Of a DNA stretch of 64,000 nt, positions 51,811-64,000 are shown piece after piece. The notes beneath the pieces are model-generated. The model did not search any database and was not told the DNA's origin. It saw only the letters and a program-made list of their open reading frames with translations. Origin of the DNA: Sphaerodactylus townsendi (lineage: Eukaryota); assembly GCF_021028975.2 (NCBI RefSeq), contig NC_059434.1:72354001-72418000 (forward strand). The letters are read 5' to 3'. How positions within the stretch are numbered: the stretch's first letter is position 1; every line of letters starts with the position of its first letter. The translations under genes and the position numbers were made by a program.

Positions 51811-52564
51811 CTAATTAGCATTTAGAAAGAAAACAAAATTTTACTTGGAAAAAAGGTATTTTGCCTCATGACAAGCAACTACCCCCTAAAGACCATATTC
51901 TTAATATTCATTGGAAGTGTTCCTCATGACAGGTCCTAAAGTGCTAATTTGCGAGAAGGTGTTTTTTTTCTGCACTACTTGTTTCTTTTCAAAACAATTG
52001 AAAATGATATTTAATTATTCTTGGTTGCCTTCCTCTTTTGCTCATCATTTTGTTCCAGATTCTGACTAACCCTATGGAGCTCCAAAAACAGGTTTTTCTC
52101 ATTAAATAACACCTGCAGAGAAGAGGGCAATAAGTTATCAAAATGTATCATGCAAATGCTTTTTTTTTTTGCCACCTTAGAGACAAGCTGGAAATCACAC
52201 TATAACAATAACACACCTGTCATCAGTTAGGCTGGGGAGTTTAACTCAATAATGTGGAAACTTTGCAACAAGGACACTTGTACCAGCCACTCATGATAAA
52301 CAAATGATATTTTGGAAAGAGGAAGCTACCGAGAGTGAATGCTCAACCGATGAGACCTGAAAGAAGCCCTTGAATAATGTCTTTGAGGAAAAACTTCTAT
52401 ACTGAGTACAGGAGCTGGAAAAGGACTCTAATTACACACAGTCAGTCTGAGGAAAAATGCAGCAACTAAGGTATCCTCCAGGCTCCCAACCTATCTTCCC
52501 ACAAAGCTGCCAATCTTCGGGTGACTTCTGGAGATCTCCTGCTATCAAATTGATCTCCCAATGA

Positions 52565-52667
52565 CCACAATCTAAAAAAAGGATACTTTGGAGTGTGCCC
52601 CTGTGGCATTATATCCCACGATCTAAAAAAAGGATACTTTGGAGTGTGCCCCTGTGGCATTATATCC
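52565..52667 (+). repeat. 51-bp tandem duplication inside an older interspersed element (~52500-52740)
   Basis: ccac(a/g)atctaaaaaaaggatactttggagtgtgcccctgtggcattatatc x2, one mismatch. Confidence 0.95.
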
Positions 52668-53019
52668 AGTTGAGGTCCCTGCCCAGGCTCCATGCCCCAA
52701 ATCTCCTAATATTTCACAACCCAGAGCTGGCAGCTCTATTTCTTTGGCCACCTCTTTATCCTAATTTTGGAAGCAATTTCTCCCCTTCTTAGCATTCTTC
52801 TTCTCCTACTTTCACATTCCTGCTCTGATATGGCCTGTATCCAAGCACATTGAGAAGTCCTAAGGGAAAGCAGCAATTTCTTATAGTTTTCTCCTTGATG
52901 CACATGCTCTGCTATTCCACTGAACCCCAGGAAAACATTTCAGAGAGCTCAGCGAATGGCAGCAGGAGAGGACATCAGTAATGCACATACACAAGCAGGT
53001 CTACATGAAACTGATTCAT

Positions 53020-53206
53020 GCAGAATCATACCATGGGTCCATCAAGCTAAGTGTTGTTTACTCAGACTGGTAGTAGCTCTCCATGGTGTCAGGTACAGGC
53101 CTTTTGTATCACCTAGCTAGCACCTCCTCCTTAACATTGCAAATGCCAGGGATTGAACCTGGGACCTTTTACGTGAAAAGATGCTCTATCACTGAGCTAT
53201 GGCCCC
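53020..53206 (-). mobile_element. tRNA-headed SINE with CR1-like tail (Squam2-like)
   Basis: Reverse reads ggggccatagctcagtgatagagca...ggtcccaggttcaatccctggca. Confidence 0.7.
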
Positions 53207-53249
53207 ACTCAAATTGCCACTGTCTGGGTCACTGAGTATGGGGCCCATT

Positions 53250-53642
53250 CAGTGGTGGGATCCAAAAATTTTAGTAACAGGTTCCCATGGTGGTGGGATT
53301 CAAACTGTGGAGTAGCACCAATGGGCCAGTGGGCCACCTATCGGGGCATACCAAGCATTATGGGGTGGGGCATTCCTAGAGGTGGTTGTGGGTAAGGATC
53401 GCCGTCAGCTGTCTCGTCCTTTTGATCGGGAAACGAATGCACACAGGCGCAGGCTGCCACGCACACCAGTGCACCTCCTGCTAGACTGCTTCAAGTTCTG
53501 TGCATTACTGCTGAGAGGAGGGGCGTAACTAAGGCAAAAATCACGTGGCAAAATCACCAATTAGTAACTCCCTCTCGGCACACACAAATAATTAGTAACC
53601 TACTCTCGGGAACCTGTGAGAACCTGCTGGATCCAACCTCTG
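53250..53642. mobile_element. hAT non-autonomous element (same family and orientation as 45808)
   Basis: Same TIRs and body; perfect TSD GGCCCATT. Confidence 0.9.
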
Positions 53643-54069
53643 GGCCCATTATCTGGTTCCAGTAATGACAATGAAAATAGTGCTGTGTGGCCATGTGTAT
53701 AAAGAACCTAAGGACGTATGCTGGACTAACAGTAAAGCTAGTATCTGCCCATGCTGATATAAAAGGACAATAAACATTTTTCATGCAAAAATTAGAAATC
53801 GTATTTGAATGGCACGGGAGCACACAGTGCTGCATGAGGCTGATCTGGGTTTGGACAACTATGGATCACTGCAAGTCCCTTGTTGGCTCTTCTATGTTTC
53901 TACAGGAAGAACAGGATCTACATCCATATTCTGTATAAATAAATGGCTGAACTCTCGAAACAAACAAAGTATTTGCTTCAGCCAGTGTTTTTCAGTCTGT
54001 GCTCTGGGAAATCCTAGAGTTCCTGCAAAGCCTGCCAGCATTTTTTATCCCACCTTTCATCCTCCTTTT

Positions 54070-54190
54070 TTTTAGCTGCACAACAACCCTCATTCTATGT
54101 TAGGCTGAGAAAAACTGGTTCAAAGTATTCTATTGAAGCTCAGAGCTGAAGGGAGAACTGAACCCAAGCGTCCACATTCTTAGCCTGAGA
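54070..54190 (-). mobile_element. Old CORE SINE fragment
   Basis: caacaaccct...taggctgaga...gaactgaaccc, reverse SINE motifs. Confidence 0.45.
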
Positions 54191-54233
54191 CTCTTGCTTC
54201 TGTACTAGACAGATTTCTCAGTGAATTGTCTAT

Positions 54234-54724
54234 GGATGTTTCCACATGGGCGGAATACAGCAACCCAGGGATGCTAAAAACAGCATCCCTGGGGAGGGGT
54301 TCACACGGCCGCCGCATCGCAGCAGCAGCAGCCTTGCAACCCCCGAGCGGCGCAAAGCAGCTGTTTCTGAACCTTGCTCCCTGGGCGAGGTTTTTCAGAA
54401 ACAGCAGCTTCCAACCGCTGCCGTGCAAACGGCAGTGGCTGGAAGGCGCCATCCCCCCCTTTCCCGAATGCCTTACCTTCCCTCTGACCTTTCGGTGTGT
54501 CATCCAGGCCTAGGGACATGCCCCCCCTGCCCTGCAACTCCAGAGCTGTTGCGCAGGGCAGGGGGTGTGTCCCCTGGCCTGGGTGACGCGCCGGAAGGTC
54601 AGAGGGAAGGTAAGGCATTCGAGCGACAGCGCAGCGCTGCGCCGTCTTCCCCGCCCCTACCAGTCCCGGGGGGTGCGTCGGTGGTGCAACGCACCCCCCC
54701 GAGCGTGGCTGGTTGGAAGCGGCC
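54234..54724. mobile_element. GC/CpG-rich Harbinger-like MITE
   Basis: GGATGTTTCCA / TGGAAGCGGCC; TSD TAT; internal inverted repeat at ~54463-54621. Confidence 0.78.
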
Positions 54725-55129
54725 TATGAGAAGAGTAATCATCTCTAGGAAGGCAGTTGTCCTCCATCATCAATCTTCCCTAGTAATCCAGAATTGCAAG
54801 GGACGTGACAGGTAGCAGTACTAGAGGGATGCTTTAGGTCATGCTGCATTGTCCATATGGACCAGATGGTCTTTAAGACTCTTTCAACTTTTTAATTTTA
54901 TTTTTTTCCTAATTTTCAATTCTAATATAAACAAATTTTCTGCCAATGCAGGGTTATGGTTAGGCCCAATAGAACCAGTCTGTTAATTTGCCTATTTAAA
55001 TATATTTTACCTCTCCTTCCCTCTTTAAAAAGTAGCCTCCAAGACAATGTTCAGTCCTTCTACCTTGAAGTACTTTTCACCACATCAGTTACTCGGATGA
55101 GGAATCCCTGGCTGTCTAGCATAGGGCTG

Positions 55130-55735
55130 CTAAAGGTTGCAGAATTTTTTTTTAATTATTATACACTCTTTGTCGAACCAGTTTTTAGGTCTGTCACTAG
55201 ATTGCCTCGGTGTTCGTTGCCAATCATTTAATTTTGAAAAAAATAGATTTTACAAGGGATTCAAACCCTATGATCGCCTCCTCAAGAACTAAGTTTTTGA
55301 TTATCTTGCCTTTCATGGACAAAACTCCTTGGGAGCCTAGGATATCTATACACACCCTATCCATCCTTCCGTTCCACTTCAGTCTAGTATATTGTGGGTA
55401 GATTTGTTCGAGTGAGGAAGTATTTCTTCTGTCCAGTTCCAGGATAAGGTGGAGAGGAAGGTGATCACTCAGCAAGTAGTTGTCTACGGCAAATAGATCA
55501 ATGCAACTTGCTATAAGGGGAGAGGTCAAGATGTAGTCTATTACACTGGAGCCCCTTGATGAAGTGAAGGTGTATTCTCCTGAGTTTGGGAATTGGATGA
55601 GCCCGTTTAGCCGGAGAAGGTTAAGCTGTGTGGCCATTCTGATCAAGCATTTCCCAGCTTGGTTGCATATTTGGTCCTTAGAGTGTCGGGCTTCTGGTGT
55701 CAATAAGGAGAGGAAGGGGGTCTTCGTCCAGGCCC
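55130..55735 (-). mobile_element. LINE APE-endonuclease domain fragment
   Basis: SKDQICNQAGKCL...LNG...GEYTFTSSRGSSVIDYIL...SDHLPL: the IDY and SDH motifs of LINE APE endonucleases. Confidence 0.8.
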
Positions 55736-56887
55736 TCTTCTCTCATCAAGTTCAGCAAGCTAGTGCCTACCCTTGCATTAAAGTCACCCACTAGAATAAA
55801 TTCACACAAGGGGTATGATGTTGGATTCATATTCAATTTCATGCCAGGCACGAACTGACTAGAGAGGCAGGACCAAAAATAAATAATGCCAGTGGATTAC
55901 GAAAGATAACGGATGATCACTACCTGCAATTTGCAGATCTGATTTAAAATAAAATACAGTAATGAGCCCGAGCCCAAGAGAGGCAGTGGACTTTACTTGA
56001 GGAATCAAGGAATGTAATAGCTGTATTTAGACCCAGCTAGCAAGTTTGAAGCAGTAATAAACACTACAGAATGACTTAACACTGCTAAAATGTGTGCTCA
56101 TTCTAAAAATACACTTCCAAAAGATAGTCAGTGATGCTTAATTGCAGCTCCTATTTAATGTCTAAATCAGGGAAATTAAATTCAGTCTAATCAGTGCTGT
56201 TAGAGGTCTTTTTGGCACTTCAAGGCCAATTTAAAAAGCAACACAATTATCTGAACTGCTACAAATGTGCCTGATTTTAAGTGCACCATAAAAATATATG
56301 CTCTTGCTTTAACCCCGACATATTTATATATTTCTGTACACATTTATACGTCCAGTCTTGGAGGACAATCAGTTTGAAAGGTAAAAAAAGAAAAGTAGGA
56401 CCAGTTGATCTCTTGAAGTGGCAAAGGAATGTTCCAGCTTATATCCCAGGAAAGTCGTCTTCACAAATTACAGGACAGGTGTGCACAATCCATGTACAGC
56501 GTGTACTTGATTTTTCTTTATACACATGTTGAATAACTTGCATGTTGAACGTGTGATTGAAACCCCACACTTTTTCAGGTACTAATATCTGGTTTCATTT
56601 GTAAAGTGAACATGTGTTGGCTCTTTATTCACATTCATGCAGATTGTATGTGTGTTCACTGCAACATGTAACAAGGCTATAGGTTTTTATCTTTATTCAG
56701 TAAGAGCAGAGGAAGTTAAGAGACAAATATATGCTTAAAAGAATAGGTGCAGCAAAGCGGGTAAGAGATTTATGGAGTGAACCTAAGCAGGTCTTACTCA
56801 TAAGTAAGTCCAATTATATTCAGTGGGGCTTTCTCCCAGGAAAGTGTTCTCAGTATTTCAGCCGCCACTGAGTTGGAGTCAGACTAA

Positions 56888-57028
56888 GGCTCATTCTGCA
56901 CATGCAGAATAATGCACTTTCAAAATGCTTTCAGTGCTCTTTGAAACTGTGTGGAATAGCAAAATCCACTTGCAAACCGTTGTGAAAGTGGTTTGAAAAC
57001 GCATTATTTTGCGTGTGCGGAAGGGGCC
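56888..57028. mobile_element. PIF/Harbinger-like MITE (inverse of the 33506 copy)
   Basis: GGCTCATTCTGCAC...GTGCGGAAGGGGCC; flanks TAA / TAG. Confidence 0.85.
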
Positions 57029-57480
57029 TAGGTGGATAATTTCCATTAATGTCTCTTCCTACTGTCACTGTCATGTTTTTTTTTTCAGGGTTCGCTATAC
57101 CCAGCTGCAATAGTTTGTGGAGAGAAGAGACACGAAAGTCCCATTCTGTTGATGTAAAAATTTAGTCTAGATCCAAACCAAAGCCAATAATCCTAAACAG
57201 ATGCAGTGTTTGCAGGATGGAATTCAAGGGTGACAGTATACGTGCTCTCAAAGACTCAGTCATCCAATTTAACTATAGTTTTCACTGGCTTATTGACCTA
57301 CTGGGGGGGGGGGGAGTTTATTCTCATAAATGATTTGTTTACTTCAACCTGGCTCACTAAATGATGTATAAAACATTCCCAAGTCAAGACCTAGCTAGGT
57401 TTGGCTATCACAGGAACTGTAGAACTAATAGCACTGAAAATGAAGCCTGGATTTAATATATCAGGGGTCCCCAACTTATA

Positions 57481-57663
57481 GTATACCCTTGACCAAAGAA
57501 TGATACACTCCTTCTATCTGGGATGGTCATCCTCTTCCACAGAGTGTGCAGCTTTGAGATGGATGCACACGGAGCGGTGAGGGAAGAAGGGGACACCTGC
57601 TTAGCCAGTCAGATCAGCCAAATCAATGGTGACAGGTGTTGCAGCCAGATCACCTTCACATCT
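57481..57663 (-). pseudogene. 7SK snRNA retrocopy (5' ~190 nt, 3'-truncated, small internal deletion)
   Basis: Reverse complement AGATGTGAAGGTGATCTGGCTGCAACACCTGTCACCATTGATTTGGCTGATCTGACTGGCTAAGCAGGTGTCCCCTTCTTCCCTCACCGCTCC...GAAGAGGATGACCATCCC...GGTCAAGGGTATAC follows vertebrate 7SK (GGATGTGAGGGCGATCTGGCTGCGACATCTGTCACC...GGTCAAGGGTATAC). Short ccaac repeats flank it. Confidence 0.9.
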
Positions 57664-57899
57664 CCAACCATTTTGAACTTGTAGGCACCTCTGGAATTCT
57701 GACACAGGACAGTGGGCACAATCATAAAATGGCTGCTGCAGGAAGCAGAGGCAACCACAAAATGTCAGGGAGCATTTTTTTTTACAGATTTCAGGAAGGA
57801 GCTCTGTTTATTGGAATGGCTTTTCATCTGCATAGCCAATCAGAAGTCTATCTGGGAAAAAGTCCCACGGAGCCCAAACTACTGGATCTTTCATATGGA

Positions 57900-58720
57900 T
57901 GCATTAATAGATAGAGATAGAATCAATCAATCCAAAGTTGCCCCCTTCTTTAAACTTTTTAAGAAGGATTATATTAGATTGCCATATTTAGAGAATTTGT
58001 CAACTTATATCTTTAGAATGGCATTTACTAACCTGAGATTCCAGGCCATACCAACGGCAGTGTATAGTACACGATGTAGTAATGTGCTGGTACCTAACTA
58101 CAGATGTATCTGTGATAGTGAAGCAGATGAGGACATTCTGCACTATGTTCTGGATTGTCCTCTTTAAGATAACATAAGGACCAAATATATTAAAAGACTT
58201 CTTTCAGTTGCAGGGGATACTGATAACACTGTGAAATTGATTTGTCTATTATCTGATGGTGATCCATACATTACCAATCGAGTAGCACTTTTTGCTCATG
58301 CTACAAGAAGCATCAGGTTAAGTGGTGTAATGATGTGTTGTATTATTTGATAGGGATGTTTGCATTAGTACTAGTTTAGTCTATTTTAGCTATACATGGG
58401 GTGTTTTTTGTGAATGTTTTCATTTTACGATGCTGTGTATGAGGAGATTGGACAGATTTATGGAGGAGAAGTCGATCTATGGCTACCAATCTTGATCCTC
58501 CTTGATCTCAGATTGCAAATGCCTTAGCAGACCAGGTGCTCAGGAGCAGCAGCAACAGAAGGCCATTTGCTTTCACATCCTGCATGTGAGCTCCCAAAGG
58601 CACCTGGTGGGCCACTGCGAGTAGCAGAGTGCTGGACTAGATGGACTCTGGTCTGATCCAGCAGGCCAGTTCTTATGTTCTTATGAGATTGTGAAGGCCA
58701 AGACAATAAACGTATTACTT
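57900..58720 (+). mobile_element. RTE-X-like LINE 3' end with a CR1 inserted in its 3' UTR
   Basis: MAFTNLRFQAIPT...YRCICDSEADEDILHYVLDCPL; aataaa-containing tail resumes after the CR1 at ~58690-58720. 5' boundary approximate. Confidence 0.7.
58441..58685 (+). mobile_element. CR1 LINE 3' end (same subfamily as 34113-34530)
   Basis: Near-identical 3' UTR, ending gttcttatgttcttatg. Confidence 0.88.
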
Positions 58721-60456
58721 TTACCTGGTCATCCACACAAATCTTTAGTAAAAAATCAAAGCCAGGATACTCAAACAAAGTCCTGCCTGGAAGCAGAAGG
58801 TCATGTTGGTCAAAGTTCTAACACACTATAGCACCACTACTGCAGCAGACTCAAGGGTATTCTGCACTGTTTTCAATCTGGAAACAGAGGATTTGACAAA
58901 CCACTAAGGTCCTTTCTGGCCTTTAACCTGAACGATGCACCACTATTTGCAGAATGAGTTGTTTACCGACTGTATGAGTCTTGCTTGGATTTATACCAAC
59001 ATTTTTACCTTTACACACTGACATATACATATAAAATCTCTTCACAAAAGCAATGGTTCATTCAGAGCTCACATCCACAAACAAGTCCTGAAATCTCCGC
59101 CGTGGAAGAATTTAGTCAATTTTAGCATGGCACTTGAAATTAGCCCAGTTAATGTTTTTTTCCCCTCCCTAGCAGTTATTCTCTTGCTTTTAAAGTCTGC
59201 CATCCAAGGGAAAATCAGGAGTCCAGATGATCTATCAGCAGTCATGAAAAATGACTAGACAGTGACAGCAAATGAATAAGTGTGAGGATCAAATATGTTC
59301 ATCCAAACTTATGAAAAATGAACACACAGTGCACAAACAAGCTGTAGATGACAAGATTATACTTCTTGATAAGGACAACAACACATGGCCATAATCTCTC
59401 TAGGCTTTTCTTAACAGAAAACTAAAATGAAACAAACAATAGGTGACAGACAATCTTTACTTACCAACCAAATTATTCAACTATACTGTCATCAAGCTAT
59501 CATTAAAATTTTTCTTATATATATCAGCTGTAAAGGAAATACAGCCTGGAAATATTCACAAAATATGGCTTGATTTCCACCACGGATGGGCAAGCAGTTG
59601 TGCTAACAAACGGCACTGTCCAGATTTTTATCAACAGTGCTTTGTGAGTCTACTGCAGTCATTATTTTAAGCAGGCCAATAGCTGTAGTGGCAGAGACCC
59701 TCTGTGCAGCATAGTTCAACTGGGTTGGGGAGGGCTTTTAGTCTTCCATACCAAATGTTGAACTTGCTGCCCTTGTCCCCAAGAGAATGCTGACACTGCT
59801 TCAGAATGTGACCACAAGCTGCAGGTCAGTTCATTCCCAGCTGTGGTTAGTGCCCCAGCAACTATCTGCATTATTTTTAGTTTTATTGTAAATGGCATCA
59901 ACTGCTTTGGTCAGCTGGAGTCATCCCAAAATGGATTTTAGGCTTTTAAAAAGTCAGAATGAAACAGTAAAAATATGGCTACTAGTTCTTTCTCCTTTGT
60001 GGTAAGACAGTCTCATGATCATGGAAGAAACTTCCATGAAATTATATCATAGAATGAGTTTATGGTTACCATAGTCACTGGCAGGGGAAGAAAGGCTAGG
60101 GGTTGACCAATCCAGACACTTTTAAAATGAAAATAGCGTAAAAGAGCTCTGCTAGTGTGAAACCTTCTATTGCGCATATATGTATGTAATAGCACACTTT
60201 TTGTGATTTAGTTTGATCCTACTGGGTGAGCTCTTGGTTTCAGTTTCTAGTTCTAGTAATTTAACTAATGCTGATGGTTGTAAAAGATGTCTTCCTTGCA
60301 AGTGAAAGCTGATTTGAACTACTCTGTCTCTGCTGAATAGGCCTGATAACAGTAGAGCAGCCCAATCTCTTGTGTAAATAGAAAGCTGTGGGAAAACCCG
60401 ACACTGCTAGGGCCAGTTTACAAATTTTACCAACAACTATACCAACAATCAGATTG

Positions 60457-60918
60457 CTTCAACTTCAACTTCAACTGACCTTTATTAGGCATATCAATAA
60501 AACAAAATACAGGACAGAGTGGGTGTTAAAACAGGACATAAAACTGGACAAAGCATGAAAGGTTGGTACAGAAGAGGTGGTCAAGCTTCCATTATGACTT
60601 TGACTTGAGCACTTCTAATAAAAATTCAGCGTTTTTTCCAGTTATCTCGCTGTTGATATTATTCAGGAGGTGAATAGTCTTTGTATGCTAATGCTTAGAA
60701 CAACTTTTTTTATTCCCTAGAGCCGGGACAATTAGGGAGAGTCTTGATAATGCATACCTTGGGCAAGAAAACACAATATGCTCAAGGGTCTCAGCAGTAT
60801 CCTGACAATCTGCACATGTTCTATCTTGAAGTGGAATATTCAACAGTCGGCCCTTAAGCATGGCAGAGAGGAATGCGTTACATCTAGCTCGAGTGATGAT
60901 CCATCTCTGCCTGGGCTG
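60457..60918 (-). mobile_element. 5'-truncated RTE-X-like LINE 3' end
   Basis: ITRARCN...QDRTCADCQDTAETLEHIVFSCPRY; atgcctaataaagg plus (gttgaa)n tail; perfect 11-bp TSD CAATCAGATTG (60446-60456 / 60919-60929). Confidence 0.85.
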
Positions 60919-60954
60919 CAATCAGATTGTATGAAACAACCTGAATATTTACAG

Positions 60955-61455
60955 TTAATGTATTTCTTTACTTAATTTATACCCTGCCTTTATGCTGAAG
61001 AAGTACCTAAAGTATGGTGACCAGACGTCCCGGTTTTGGCGGGACAGTCCCGCCTTAAAACAATTTGTCCCGCGGGTTTTTTGAACCGGCCCCAGAAGGC
61101 AGTGTGGAAGACTCCCACCGTAGGGGCACACTGCCTTCTGGGGCACTCCCGTTTCCTGCCCTGTCACAGGGCGGGAAACGGGAGCACCCCGGAAGGCAGT
61201 GTGCTCCTGCAGCTGCGCACACGTGCGGCCAGCTGGCCAGCCAGCTGGGTCCCAGTTTACAAAGGTGACCATCTGCTCACCTTAACCTAAAGCAGCTGAC
61301 ATTAGTCTCTTCTCCTCTATTTTATACTCAAAAACTTGTGAGTTAAGTTAGGCTGAGAGTATGTGACTGGCCAAAGGTCACTTAGCAAGCAACATTGGCA
61401 GAGTGAGGATTTGAACCTGGGTCTCCCAGATCAGAGCCAAGCTCCCTAACTATTG
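60955..61455 (-). mobile_element. Older CORE SINE interrupted by a hAT MITE
   Basis: Reverse SINE motifs gtgactggccaaaggtcac and gatttgaacctgggtctccc; split by 61013-61284. Confidence 0.65.
61013..61284. mobile_element. hAT (Blackjack-like TIR) MITE
   Basis: TIR TATGGTGACCAGA / TCTGCTCACCTTA; gtccc subterminal repeats; perfect TSD ACCTAAAG. Confidence 0.88.
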
Positions 61456-63358
61456 CATTATACCTCATACTTATGATTTGCATGAGAATGATAATTTTTG
61501 AGAAATATGTTCATTTACACTGTCCCAAAAAGCAGTAATTGTCTCCTTGGAGGACTGCTGATTCAAGATCTTCAAAAATGGTGGGCATGATACTTGTCAG
61601 TTGTCAAACGACCCTCATGGAAAGCTCAAGACAGGAAATGTTTACAACAGGTTTTGAGTGAAAAAGGGGGAAGAAATGGCACGAAGACTGTTTTTGAGCC
61701 AAGAGACTACATTCACTGCAACAATTATCTGTGAATTATTCCCTTGGTTCAGTTATAGATACACACTACCTAATGCTAACAGCTTCCTTGGTTTTATAAG
61801 AACTACCTTAGCACTAGAAGACAGATGGGTATATATATTTTTATTTCTGTGAGCTGGTTAGACAAACACAATAATTATTCCAGGTGTTAAATCAGAGCTA
61901 GATATGTAGATGTATCTAACTGGCAATATTCCTTGCGCTCCTGAAAGTCAATTTGATGCTCTCATCAACAAGCAACATCTGGAGAAATTGAGACTTTCAG
62001 GACACCCTTAAATCCAAGCAACCAGCTTTGGAACACTGAACCAGTCCAGCAAACTTATATGGGGCTTATTTACTATGGTGCTTAACTATGTAAATTTATC
62101 TCTGAAGCTTTTATTGTGGAGTTTTAACACTGTCGATTACCCCATAAAACCTTCTGCTTTAAGTCCTCGAGAATCAGATATCCCTCAGCTCCAAAAACAT
62201 TTATTCAGATGTCTTTTAGAATTGCTCAAGTATTCTATCAATCAGTTCAAAACCTTTCAAAATACCCTTCATCCCCAATGAGTAGTGAACACCCTTTGAG
62301 CTGTTATTTATGAGCTTCTACAATGGGAATGATTTTTTAAAAACCTTTACTTTGTTTCAAACTCTGCACTTGCCTTTATTGTTCACTTGTCCCTCTACAC
62401 CTCTTGACTGCAATCCACCTTAACCTGTCTTAGTCATTTGAAGGCATTACCATTAGCTAATTAACTACTTACCATTAGCCCAACCAGACTAAGGCCTGGC
62501 AATTCTAAAAAAGAGACTTGCAAGGTTTTTTTGCAACTTTTGCTGTCAGGCAGTAACATTTCCCCAAAGTTCTGGTAGCAAAATGATTGAGAAGATGCTC
62601 AAAGTGCCTTTACCTTACCACTCATGGACAATCTTATACATGTTTAAGTACATGCATACATGTTTATTTCAATAGGACTTCAGAGTGAAATCGTGTTATT
62701 TTCCTTGTGTGGGGAAGTTTGTAGAAGGGAGGGGAAAGGGATAGGTGTAGATCTTCTGGAAATATAGAAAAATTCCTGAACCAGTCATTGTGGGATTATA
62801 CACATTTAGGTGGATCCCATTAGGTGTATTTGTGTTTTGCTTTACGTTTTACCTCAGGAGTGAGATTTATGTTTGTGTTGGGTAGCTAACAAAGCGAAGA
62901 CTATGTGTGTATACTGTGAAAGGGTACCAGTCTGTTAAGATCCAAGGTCTGTGTTCATCCATTAGCCAGCAACAACGATAACATCAAACTGTACCATCTG
63001 AAATAAAAAATCTCTGGATCACCTAATCAATTTAAACTTATAAACCCTAATTAAAATCTGTGCCAGTGCCTGAAAACTGAAAGCTAAACTGAAATTGTAT
63101 ATATCTATCTCCTACCTACTTTCTGTCCATTTAAGTTTTTGCCTTTTCCATCTCATCTGTTTAATACATTTCATTTGTTTGTTGAACCTGCTTCATTATT
63201 CTTTGATGCCTTGATAAGGAAGATTTGTCATAGGTTAAATAACAAACTTATTTCACCACCTATGGAGTTACAGGGCTGAGCAATATAATTTTGAATCACC
63301 TCATGCTACCATCACAAACAGCTCAAACACTGAGAAAAGGCAGAGGCCGACTGGCAGA

Positions 63359-63752
63359 GGCCGTTTCTGCACGGCCACGCTGGGGGTTGGGTCAGAGTAC
63401 ATGACGCCGACCCAACCCCCCTGGGACCGTTCACACGAACGGTCCCAGTAACGAAAGGGAAGACGGCGCCGCAGAGCACCGTCGTCCGATTGACCTACCT
63501 TTTCTGCGACCATCCGGCGCATCACCGAGGCCAGGGGACACAGCCACCCCTGCCCTGCGCGACCACTACGGTCGCAAAGAAGGTAGGTCAATCGGACAAA
63601 GGAGGGAGGGATGGCGCCTTCCAGCGCAGCGGCTGGGAAGCCACTGTTTTCCAACAACCTCACTCGAGAAGCAAGGTGGGAAAATGATGGCTTCACGCCG
63701 CTGGGGAGGAGCCGTCCCCAGGGCGCTGTATTTGGCCCGTGCGGAAAGGGCC
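63359..63752. mobile_element. GC/CpG-rich Harbinger-like MITE related to 54234
   Basis: GGCCGTTTCTGCACGG / CCGTGCGGAAAGGGCC; internal inverted repeat; shares motifs with 54234 in reverse. Confidence 0.75.
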
Positions 63753-63969
63753 TCAGAGTGTGGTTAGCCTGCCTCAGAAAGTTAGGAGGTGAAGGGGCCT
63801 GTCACAAATGTTCTATTCAACAACTGTGCTAAAGAAGTTTTTTTCCATACCTCTTCTTCTTCAGTTTCCCAGGGGAAAAGGAAGAACAGCATTTCCCATC
63901 TCATGGCAAGAGAGAAGTTTCTTTCTTCATTCTACTGCTGCTTTTTCATTATGAGATCTGTATACCTAT

Positions 63970-64000
63970 GGCTCATTCTGCACAACGTATTTATAACAAG
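63970..64000. mobile_element. Start of another Harbinger-like MITE at the window edge
   Basis: GGCTCATTCTGCAC TIR identical to 56888. Confidence 0.55.

Noticed and set aside
54180-54815. CpG-rich region with overlapping ORFs as a CpG island or gene (also 47545-48105, 63301-63832)
   Set aside because: Coincides with young GC-rich MITEs bounded by TIRs.
58725-58786. Possible 62-nt minus-strand exon (ttccag|GC AGG ACT TTG TTT GAG...GAC CAG|gtaaaa)
   Set aside because: Weak donor, abuts a LINE tail, and ends in phase 0 while the 51782 exon begins in phase 1. Unsupported without RNA data.
59465-59527. Minus-strand segment with strong acceptor (tttcctttacag) and donor (gtaagt)
   Set aside because: Stop codons in all three frames, so not an internal coding exon. 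A non-coding or poison exon cannot be shown from sequence alone.

Overview
Vertebrate genomic DNA, not prokaryotic. The repeat content points to a squamate reptile, most likely a gecko (inference). The window is almost entirely non-coding and TE-rich, with three assembly gaps. One convincing protein-coding internal exon lies on the minus strand (51577-51782, canonical splice sites, 68 open codons; gene not recognised), so much of the window is probably intron of a large minus-strand gene. Repeats seen: tRNA/CORE SINEs, 5S-headed SINEs, CR1, L2 and RTE-X-like LINE fragments, many hAT MITEs with 8-bp TSDs (including a 2.5-kb internally repetitive element), PIF/Harbinger-like palindromic MITEs with 3-bp TSDs, and four Penelope-like inverted-repeat insertions, three of which carry minimal hammerhead ribozyme motifs. 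The best-preserved hammerhead is in the host gene's sense orientation about 1 kb downstream of the exon. There is also a 3'-truncated 7SK snRNA retrocopy. Most ORFs in the supplied track are spurious or TE-derived. Family names come from recalled motifs, not database searches. No clearly novel multi-gene system is evident.
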